DNA from: Bacteroidales bacterium
Lineage (GTDB): Bacteria; Bacteroidota; Bacteroidia; Bacteroidales; UBA932
Length of the DNA stretch: 64,000 nucleotides
Direction: 5' to 3'
NCBI GenBank assembly: GCA_017534745.1
Contig: JAFXVX010000018.1
Location: forward strand, 1 to 64,000
Both the position numbers and the translations under genes were made by a program. Shown one piece after another: positions 1 to 6,687 of this stretch (positions are counted from its first letter, which is position 1; each line of letters begins with the position of its first letter). The notes under the pieces were generated by a model. That model was not told the origin of the DNA, made no database searches, and saw nothing but the letters and a program-made list of their open reading frames with translations.

Positions 1-35
1 CTTCTGTTTTCGGCCAGAAGGCCGAGCTCTCCGGC

Positions 36-827
36 ATGAATCTGTTCGTGCGTCTGAATGTTAATCGCGTGATGGCCGGAGAAAGTATGAACTTGAATGC
101 GCCAGAGTTTCTCGATTCCGTTCCTACCGCTTCCTATCGGCTGGTCGTTGTATCGCCGTCTATGATAATCTTCCAGGGCATCAAACATCAGTCCCTGCCG
201 AATAAGTTGGTCGTGAAGATGTCTTCGGCCATGAGCCCTGGCATCTCTAATGGCTGGAGCAAGACGGTGATCATCTCTCCCAACGCGGAGGATGACTGGG
301 GCGAAGCGGACCTAACTACGCTCTATACCAAGACTATTGGTGCAACGCCAGTGGTGGGGCAGAAGGTGTTCGTGGAAGTGTATTGGATGAACACGACTAC
401 CGGCGAGACGGGTCAGGAGATGCGGGATTCCGTTATCTGCTTGACGGACGAAGAAGCAGCCGCTTTGGTTGGTGGTTCCCGCGCACGTTACACTGAGGAA
501 GATATCAAGGAAGAAAGCTATGTGTCTGATTTTGACTTGGAGTACTCTACTGGCGGGCCGGCTGTAAATGTTGACATCATTAGCCAGGGAACACCGGGCG
601 TGTCCATGTCGGAAGTATTTTTGAAAGAACAGATTCCGGCCGACCGACTTGGAAAGATCTACGTTGTTAGTCGTTCCCTCCAAGAAGGGAAATATTATTT
701 CGGTCTGGTGGAAATGAATGTAAACAACACTTCCTATTACGGACCGTACATCAAAATCAATAACTACGCCGGCGGAATGTTCAAGCCCTGCGAGATTTTC
801 GGCCCCGGTATTATGCTCCCTCTTTAA
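36..827 (+). CDS. hypothetical protein; the reading frame stays open back to the window edge, so it may be 5'-truncated. First gene of the left-edge phage-like module
   Basis: 263-codon ORF with no in-frame stop back to position 3. Lower GC (about 50%) than the rest of the chromosome. No recognisable catalytic motif. Confidence 0.45.
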   Translation: MNLFVRLNVNRVMAGESMNLNAPEFLDSVPTASYRLVVVSPSMIIFQGIKHQSLPNKLVVKMSSAMSPGISNGWSKTVIISPNAEDDWGEADLTTLYTKTIGATPVVGQKVFVEVYWMNTTTGETGQEMRDSVICLTDEEAAALVGGSRARYTEEDIKEESYVSDFDLEYSTGGPAVNVDIISQGTPGVSMSEVFLKEQIPADRLGKIYVVSRSLQEGKYYFGLVEMNVNNTSYYGPYIKINNYAGGMFKPCEIFGPGIMLPL

Positions 828-839
828 TCGATTTGGACT

Positions 840-1964
840 ATGTTTAATGCAATAGGAAATAACTTTGGCGCCGGTGAGATTCGATTTAAGTCTTACCAGC
901 AACCTACTTACGTCATTCTGAATACTCGCTTCTTTATGGATCCGACTACTCCGGAGTATCAAGCTGCAGACGTACTGGAAATCACGGTGCCTAAGCTTTC
1001 TATAGACCGAAGCGCGAATAGTGTTGCGCTGATTGTATTCCGTGACAGGCGACAGAGTTATGGGTCTGCGGATTCTTATGATGCAGGTTCAGCGGCCCGT
1101 AGTTGGATCAAAGACGATCACACCATCTGTATTGAAAAGTTGGCTTGTATGGAAGGGAAAGGTAAACTGTGCGTATATATCTATTCGATGTATATCCAGC
1201 TGAATCAAGGTCTTCCCGCAGAACGTCACAGCAAGCTTGCCCTGAACGTGACGCCTTCTCCCATTTGCTGCGAGTTCTATAGAGATTCCTTTATTGTCGT
1301 GAAGGAAAAATGGGTATTCCTGTATATCGGGAAGGGAACAACGCCTTCTGGTGGTTCATATCAGCCCTGGGAGGGCGTGGTTGATAACCTTCCAACAGAT
1401 ATCCAGGCTATTGTCCCTTTCTATGGCGGCAACAACCAGTATAATAATAATTATACATCTATTTCCGAGGTAACACTGAAAGCCGGAAAGTATATCCATC
1501 CATATCGGACACCCTCTAACTCTGGAACTGGCATATTCGGCTATTTTGTCAGGGGGGATAATCAGGGAGAAGTAATCCCGGATATTCCAATGGCCGACGA
1601 TGTCACCCGGTGTCGTTTAATAATCAAGAATGAAGAGACGATGACTTCCTCATACGAGGCTGATTTTGTGATTGAGGGCTGTACTGGACCCATAAACGTT
1701 GGAGTTGTTGGGAAATTCGTTTCTCCAGGTGTTAACAATTATGCAGGTTATAATCTTAATGAGCAGTCGAAAAAGATTCCCGGTGGCAGTTTTAGTGTGG
1801 TATGTCGCACGAATGCTGGTCATAAGCTTGCCATCTATGATGCGTTTAGTTATTCTGAACTGAACAACTCCCAGAGAAATATCACCTGTCGCTGTTCGGC
1901 AGCCCGTTATGAGGAAGTAGAGGTTTTTGATACCAGTGTCTATACTTATAGTGGAACTAGATAA
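840..1964 (+). CDS. hypothetical protein, paralog A (N-terminal GNNFGxG domain with a long variable C-terminus)
   Basis: 374-aa ORF 13 nt after the previous gene. Its N-terminal ~70 aa (MFNAIGNNFGAG...AADVLEITVPKLSI) resemble the N-terminus of the next ORF (MLTIVGNNFGGN...QATVLEIKVDGLAI). Lower GC and a Gly/Asn-rich C-terminal part. Confidence 0.55.
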   Translation: MFNAIGNNFGAGEIRFKSYQQPTYVILNTRFFMDPTTPEYQAADVLEITVPKLSIDRSANSVALIVFRDRRQSYGSADSYDAGSAARSWIKDDHTICIEKLACMEGKGKLCVYIYSMYIQLNQGLPAERHSKLALNVTPSPICCEFYRDSFIVVKEKWVFLYIGKGTTPSGGSYQPWEGVVDNLPTDIQAIVPFYGGNNQYNNNYTSISEVTLKAGKYIHPYRTPSNSGTGIFGYFVRGDNQGEVIPDIPMADDVTRCRLIIKNEETMTSSYEADFVIEGCTGPINVGVVGKFVSPGVNNYAGYNLNEQSKKIPGGSFSVVCRTNAGHKLAIYDAFSYSELNNSQRNITCRCSAARYEEVEVFDTSVYTYSGTR

Positions 1965-1977
1965 AATGTAAGGTAAC

Positions 1978-2691
1978 ATGTTGACGATTGTTGGAAATAA
2001 CTTTGGAGGAAACTGCACCGGCCAGCAGCTGAAAGTGGTCCAGGATAAGTACCATGCAGTTGTAAATGGTTCCATTACCGTGGATACGAGCCAAGCCGCC
2101 TACAAGCAGGCTACTGTGCTGGAGATTAAAGTGGATGGACTGGCCATTAAGAATAGCGGGCCCGCTGCAGTATACGCGACCATGTTTTATGGCGGTATTC
2201 ATCGCATTACTGTTGTAAGGGCTTGGTTCGAGGATCAGGAAACGCTTCGCCTCGAGAAGGTCCTTGGCTGGCCGGAGAATTGCCAGTATCAGCTAACTTT
2301 CCAATGCCTGTTTATTCCTTTCGGTTTAGACTGCCTTGCCTATTACCAGAGAAAAACTGACGTTGCCCTGTCCGGAGCACCGGAGGGTTTCCTCATCTTC
2401 AACTCCAATGTGAAGTTGTTTGATGACTGGGCATTTTTTTTCATCACCTTCGAGAGATTTGCGACAGCTGAGCCGGAGACCCCGATTAACCTCACCCTGA
2501 CGGGCCTCACCGAAGACATCGAGCACGATTTCTTCCTGGTCTATAATGACCCGACCCTGGAGGAGTATGGTAGCGGCTATGTGGATCTGTCCCTGGTCGG
2601 GAACAGCCTTCTGATTGAAGATGGCCTTCCCGCACTGGCGAACGCAGCTGCCGGCCGGAAGTTCATCAAGGGAGCAGTAATATACGAATAG
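1978..2691 (+). CDS. hypothetical protein, paralog B (shared N-terminal domain, different C-terminus)
   Basis: 237-aa ORF whose N-terminal domain is paralogous to the 840-1964 product and whose C-terminal region is unrelated. Confidence 0.55.
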   Translation: MLTIVGNNFGGNCTGQQLKVVQDKYHAVVNGSITVDTSQAAYKQATVLEIKVDGLAIKNSGPAAVYATMFYGGIHRITVVRAWFEDQETLRLEKVLGWPENCQYQLTFQCLFIPFGLDCLAYYQRKTDVALSGAPEGFLIFNSNVKLFDDWAFFFITFERFATAEPETPINLTLTGLTEDIEHDFFLVYNDPTLEEYGSGYVDLSLVGNSLLIEDGLPALANAAAGRKFIKGAVIYE

Positions 2692-2694
2692 GAT

Positions 2695-2943
2695 ATGGCA
2701 CGTCAGGAACTCACAAAGCTTCAGGGCGCCATTGCCATCGCCAGCTTCTCTGCAGGAGTGCTGATTGCAATGGTGTGCCTGTTCTTCATCGAGCCCTTGG
2801 GCGAGATAGCCTCATCTGCCATCTCCATAGTGAGTGAGCTCCTGGTCCTGTGCGGTGCCATCCTGGGCGTAAAGGCCAGTTACGATACCAAGTTCCGGAA
2901 ATTTGAAAATGAACTTCGGCACAAGGCCGACAAACCTGAATAA
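2695..2943 (+). CDS. small two-TM membrane protein (holin-like topology)
   Basis: 82 aa with two hydrophobic helices (AIAIASFSAGVLIAMVCLFFI and ISIVSELLVLCGAILGV) and a charged C-terminus (KFRKFENELRHKADKPE). It starts 4 nt after the upstream gene. Confidence 0.45.
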   Translation: MARQELTKLQGAIAIASFSAGVLIAMVCLFFIEPLGEIASSAISIVSELLVLCGAILGVKASYDTKFRKFENELRHKADKPE

Positions 2944-2954
2944 GAACTTAACCT

Positions 2955-3428
2955 ATGAGATACGTTCTGCCACTGCTTTTCCTCGTGCTCGCTTCTGCCT
3001 GCAGTACTGTCCGCCAGCTTCCATCGACGGACAGTACCAAGGTGGAGGTCCGGACGGAGACGGTGTTCCAGAAGGATACTGTCTTTGTGGAGCTGCCGCT
3101 TGTTGTGGAGCGGGTCGCAGTCCTGGATACGGTCTCGCATCTGGAGAACGCCTATGCGGCTTCATCGGCCGTGGTTTCCGGCGGAGTCCTGAAGCACAGC
3201 CTGGAGACGAAGCCCGTGAAGATGCCGGCGGTTGTTGACAAAGAGATTGTGTATCGGGATTCCTTAATATATAGAGACCGGGTGCAGACCGTGACGGTTG
3301 AAGTGGAGCGCAAGTTGACCGGCTGGCAGCAGGCTAAGCTGAGGGTAGGGGGCTTCTGTTTCTTTGCTGTGATTTTGATTGGACTTTATTTCCTTATTAC
3401 TCAATTTATCAACCTTAAACTCTTCTGA
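2955..3428 (+). CDS. lipoprotein with a C-terminal transmembrane helix (unimolecular-spanin-like topology)
   Basis: 157 aa with an N-terminal lipoprotein signal (LLFLVLASAC-S) and a C-terminal hydrophobic helix (GGFCFFAVILIGLYFLITQFI). This topology matches u-spanins of phage lysis cassettes. Confidence 0.45.
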   Translation: MRYVLPLLFLVLASACSTVRQLPSTDSTKVEVRTETVFQKDTVFVELPLVVERVAVLDTVSHLENAYAASSAVVSGGVLKHSLETKPVKMPAVVDKEIVYRDSLIYRDRVQTVTVEVERKLTGWQQAKLRVGGFCFFAVILIGLYFLITQFINLKLF

Positions 3429-3430
3429 CT

Positions 3431-4123
3431 ATGAAGTACATTCCTTCCATCGCCTTCGAGGAGATGAGCGGCAGCGCCAAGGGCGTTACGGCCGCAAAGA
3501 TGAAGAACCGGAAGTACATCCGCAACCGCGGGTACGGCGGCAGCGTCCGCACTTCCGACCAGGCCAAGGTCAAGGGCATTTTCAAGCGCCTGACCACGAT
3601 GTGGAAAACGCTCACCAACGAGCAGATCCTCGCGTGGAACAAGCTTGCCCTGAGCCAGCAGGGCCGTTCTGTCCTGGGAACCGGCGCCAAGATCTCCGGC
3701 TCCAACCTGTTCACCCGCCTCAATTACTGGATCGTCGCTTGCGGCGGCCAGCCCGAGGTGACCCCTCCCACGCTCCTGGGCGTGGAGAACCCGTCCAGCG
3801 CCACCATCGTGTGCCAGGGCAATACCTTTACCTTCAAGCTGGACCAGGCTCTCGCTGATAACGGCGGCATCTTCCTGGTCATCGAAGCCACCGAAGGTCA
3901 GTCCAATGGCGTAAGCCGCGCCCACAGCAAGGCCGTTGCCATCAAGATGGTGGAAGAGCCCACCGCGGTCGCCATCGACATCCGTGCCGACTACGTGGCC
4001 AAGAACGGTGCTCCCAGCGCCGCAGCGCCGAAGATTTTCTTCCGCTACTACTACGTCAACTCCAGCACCGGCGAGAAGTCCGGCACCATGCTGGCGGAGT
4101 GCAAGTGGACTCCGGGGGCCTAA
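3431..4123 (+). CDS. hypothetical protein (GC3-rich)
   Basis: 230-aa ORF directly following with a 2-nt gap. Very high third-position GC, unlike ORFs 1-3. No motif recognised. It is followed by a terminator. Confidence 0.5.
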   Translation: MKYIPSIAFEEMSGSAKGVTAAKMKNRKYIRNRGYGGSVRTSDQAKVKGIFKRLTTMWKTLTNEQILAWNKLALSQQGRSVLGTGAKISGSNLFTRLNYWIVACGGQPEVTPPTLLGVENPSSATIVCQGNTFTFKLDQALADNGGIFLVIEATEGQSNGVSRAHSKAVAIKMVEEPTAVAIDIRADYVAKNGAPSAAAPKIFFRYYYVNSSTGEKSGTMLAECKWTPGA

Positions 4124-4175
4124 TCAAAGGCCATCCTCAATTCTTGCCCTTTTAACGGGCGAGGGGACAAAAAGA

Positions 4176-4210
4176 TTTCCTGCCTTCCTTTCGGGGGGCA
4201 GGATTTTTTT
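4176..4210 (+). terminator. rho-independent terminator (7-bp stem TCCTGCC/GGCAGGA followed by T7)
   Basis: The hairpin followed by TTTTTTT is seen directly in the sequence, downstream of the 3431-4123 ORF. Confidence 0.55.
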
Positions 4211-4307
4211 GTGTATTTCCAGACGTATGGCGTGGCGGGTTCCCGGATAGTTCACCGGTCGGACCCGCCCAAAAGCAATCAAAGTATAGGGGAGGATAGT
4301 AAAAGAA

Positions 4308-4353
4308 ATTACGCATAAATTCAGCAAGTTTTATGCGTAAATTTATGCGTAAG
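4308..4353. repeat. 13-bp inverted repeat ATTACGCATAAAT / TTTATGCGTAAAT followed by a direct copy TTATGCGTAAG; candidate protein-binding or att-associated site
   Basis: Seen directly in the sequence: inverted copies at 4308-4320 and 4330-4342 and a direct copy at 4343-4353, about 35 nt from the tRNA-Ala 3' end. Confidence 0.4.
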
Positions 4354-4386
4354 TGCCTTAAGTGACTGATTTTCAGTCTGTTCCGT

Positions 4387-4459
4387 GGAGCATAGGAGAA
4401 TCGAACTCCTGACCTTTTGAATGCCATTCAAACGCTCTACCAACTGAGCTAATACCCCG
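4387..4459 (-). tRNA. tRNA-Ala (anticodon GGC)
   Basis: Reverse complement GGGGTATTAGCTCAGTTGGTAGAGCGTTTGAATGGCATTCAAAAGGTCAGGAGTTCGATTCTCCTATGCTCCA. 7-bp acceptor stem with a G3:U70 pair (Ala identity element), GCTCAGTTGGTAGAGC D-arm, anticodon loop AT-GGC-AT, GGTTCGATTCC T-arm. CCA is not encoded. Confidence 0.85.
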
Positions 4460-4614
4460 TTTCCCTTGAATGGGATTGCAAAGGTAAGTCATTTTTTTTG
4501 TTTTGCAAATTTTTGTGTGAATTTTTTTGTTACAGTCATGCATAGCTATGCCTGAAAGGGCTATTTTCAGGTTTATCCGCGTACAATTTTTTTACATGGA
4601 TAAATCTTCATTTA

Positions 4615-5550
4615 TTGGGCGAAATATTTTGGGCTATGCAAACAAAAGGCGATTTTTTCGAGCGGGAGCGGGAGTGCGAACGCTTATTTGAGGCGGCAGG
4701 GCCGTTCTGGTTTTTTACGACAGAGGGGCTGGACCGGCTTTTATACAGTAGCCGGGAGGAGTTTATCGCCGGAACGAATATCCTTGCTATATCGGCGGCG
4801 AAATCCGGAGTGACTGTCATCAGCGACACACAGATGAGCAATCACCATCATGTGATGGCCAGGGGATCGTTGTCACAGGCCGGAGCATTCAGGGAAATAT
4901 TCCGGGATAAGAGCCGGAGATACCAGTTGGCTCTGGGTAACAAGTCGTTGAAGGACTGGGACATCCGGATAGACGCGACCGAAGATGTGAAGGCTTTCAG
5001 AAACCGTATCGTATATATCGACCGAAATGCCTACGTCGCCCGCCGGGACAGCACCCCGACTGGTTATCCGTGGGGATCCGGGCACCTGATGTTCAACGGC
5101 ACACTCTGGATGATGTCGGAAGGCTCTCCGTGGGGGACGCTCAGTATTGATAAACGGCGTTGCATATGCCGTTCACACGATATTGATCTGCCCTCCTCTT
5201 ACCGGGTGCTTGACGGGATGATTCTCCGGAGCAGTTTTATAGATTATCAGCAGACAGAATCCCTGTTCCACAGCGCAAATCAGTATTTTTCCCTCCTGTC
5301 CCGGCACGGAGAGTCCGACGTGGAAATCGCGCAAATGCTTGGCGAGGGGATTCAGCTTCCGAACGAGGAGGTGTTCCAGATCGTGGCGCAGTGGCACCGT
5401 GGACGGTCATTGAGGGAGCTTACGCCGGTTGAAAAGGCCCTCGCGGCGAAGCGGATGAAACTGCGCCTCTCCTCCTCCAACAAGCAAATTACCCAGGTGC
5501 TGCAACTCCCCCCGGAGGAGGTTGAGCGCCTGTTCCCGGTGCCGCGGTAG
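4615..5550 (+). mobile_element. IS200/RAYT-like Y1 (HUH) tyrosine transposase domain protein with a ~150-aa C-terminal extension
   Basis: 311-aa ORF. Motifs align with E. coli RayT/TnpA(REP): GPFWFFTTEG vs GTWFFTVNL (N-terminal beta-strand), NHHHVMA vs EHMHCIW (HUH region), IVYIDRNAYVARR...GYPWGSG vs YIYINPVKHGWV...DWPFSTF (catalytic Tyr helix and YPW motif). Spacing between motifs is about 55 aa. Confidence 0.6.
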
Positions 5551-5559
5551 GGGATGGGG

Positions 5560-5925
5560 CCGGCAGGAGAGCTGCCGCCGGAAAAAGGGGCGGAAATCCG
5601 TCCGCAGGGTGTGTAGGCAGGGCTTACTGCCGGGAAAAGTAGCGGAAATCCGTCCGCAGGGTGTGCTGACCGGGCCTGCTGCCGGGAAAAGTAGCGGAAA
5701 TCCGTCCGCAGGGTGTGCTGGCGAGGCTTACCGCCGGAAAAAGGGGCGGAAATCCGTCCGCAGGGTGTGTAGGCAGGGCTTACTGCCGGGAAAAGGTGCC
5801 GAAAATCCGTCCGTGGGGTGTGCTGGCGAGGCTTACCGCCGGAAAAAGGGGCGGAAATCCGTCCGCAGGGGGTGTAGGCAGGGCTTACTGCCGGGAAAAG
5901 TGCCGAAAATCCGTCTGCGCGCCGG
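5560..5925. repeat. tandem array of about 6.5 copies of a ~59-bp unit (consensus near CTGCCGGGAAAAGTAGCGGAAATCCGTCCGCAGGGTGTG[CTGGCGAGG/TAGGCAGGG]CTTA); REP/BIME-like
   Basis: Seen directly in the sequence. Units contain short palindromes (GCGGAaatccgTCCGC, GGCAGggcttaCTGCC). The array lies between convergent gene ends (the transposase-like gene and nth). Confidence 0.8.
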
Positions 5926-5987
5926 GGGGTGGCAGGGATGGAGGGAGGCGGAAGGTGCAGAAGGGCTGCGGAAGGTGCGGGGCGCGC

Positions 5988-6632
5988 CTATTTCCCCGTG
6001 TGCTCGCGGCACCAGGGGGCGAGGGGGCAGGTGTCGCAGGAGGGTTTGCGGGCGGTGCAGACGTAGCGGCCGTGGAGGATGAGCCAGTGGTGGGCGATTG
6101 CCCTCTGGTGGACCGGGATATTGGCTTCCAGGTCCTTCTCGACGGCTTCGACGGTCTTGCCATTGGAAAGGCCGAGGCGGCGGGAGACGCGGAAGACATG
6201 GGTATCGACCGCGATTACGGGCTCATTATATATAATGGATGCAACGACGTTGGCGGTCTTGCGGCCGACGCCGGGGAGGGTCATGAGGGAGGGGACGTCG
6301 CCGGGGACCTCGCCTCCGAACTCGTCGACCAGCCGGCCGGCCATGGCGATGAGGTGCTCCGTCTTGCTGCGCGGGTAGGTCACGCTGCGGACCTTTTCGA
6401 AAACATCGTCGAAAGAGGCTGCCGCAAGGGCCTTCGGGGTGGGGAAGGCTTCGAACAGGGCCGGCGTTACCATGTTGACCCTTTTGTCGGTGCATTGGGC
6501 CGACAGCATCACTGCAACGAGCAGCTGGAAGGGGGAGTCGAAGTGAAGTTCGGACTCCACATCCGGCCGGTTATCGGAAAACCAGCCGATAATTGCTGAA
6601 TATCTTTGTTTAAGTGTCATATTTGTCGGCAA
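5988..6632 (-). CDS. nth: endonuclease III (DNA glycosylase/AP lyase)
   Basis: 214 aa. HhH-GPD motifs (LPGVGRKTANVV) and a C-terminal 4Cys Fe-S cluster (CTARKPSCDTCPLAPWC). Confidence 0.9.
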   Translation of the reverse strand: MPTNMTLKQRYSAIIGWFSDNRPDVESELHFDSPFQLLVAVMLSAQCTDKRVNMVTPALFEAFPTPKALAAASFDDVFEKVRSVTYPRSKTEHLIAMAGRLVDEFGGEVPGDVPSLMTLPGVGRKTANVVASIIYNEPVIAVDTHVFRVSRRLGLSNGKTVEAVEKDLEANIPVHQRAIAHHWLILHGRYVCTARKPSCDTCPLAPWCREHTGK

Positions 6633-6687
6633 AAATAACTATTTTTGCACAATCTGTGCAGTAGCGCGGAGGACAAACAACGACAAT

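Noticed and set aside
3431-4123. Tyrosine integrase adjacent to the tRNA-Ala attachment site
   Set aside because: The 230-aa product lacks the R...HxxR...Y catalytic signature and an N-terminal SAM-like domain. No integrase is present in the window, and if one exists it should lie at the far end of the element.
1-4387. Microviridae-type provirus (known to lysogenise Bacteroidetes)
   Set aside because: No ~600-aa jelly-roll capsid gene and no rolling-circle Rep-like protein are present. Junction with a tRNA rather than a dif-like site also argues against it.
5560-5925. Possible CRISPR array (regular ~24-nt conserved cores GCGGAAATCCGTCCGCAGGGTGTG separated by ~30-nt segments)
   Set aside because: The would-be spacers are themselves near-identical to one another in two alternating variants. 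There is no leader or cas genes. The periodicity is a simple ~59-bp tandem repeat.
5522-6599. ORFs 5522..6082 and 5715..6599 (+) encoding Gly/Arg/Lys-rich repetitive peptides
   Set aside because: These are translation artefacts of the tandem repeat and of the antisense strand of nth, with no start context and low-complexity products.
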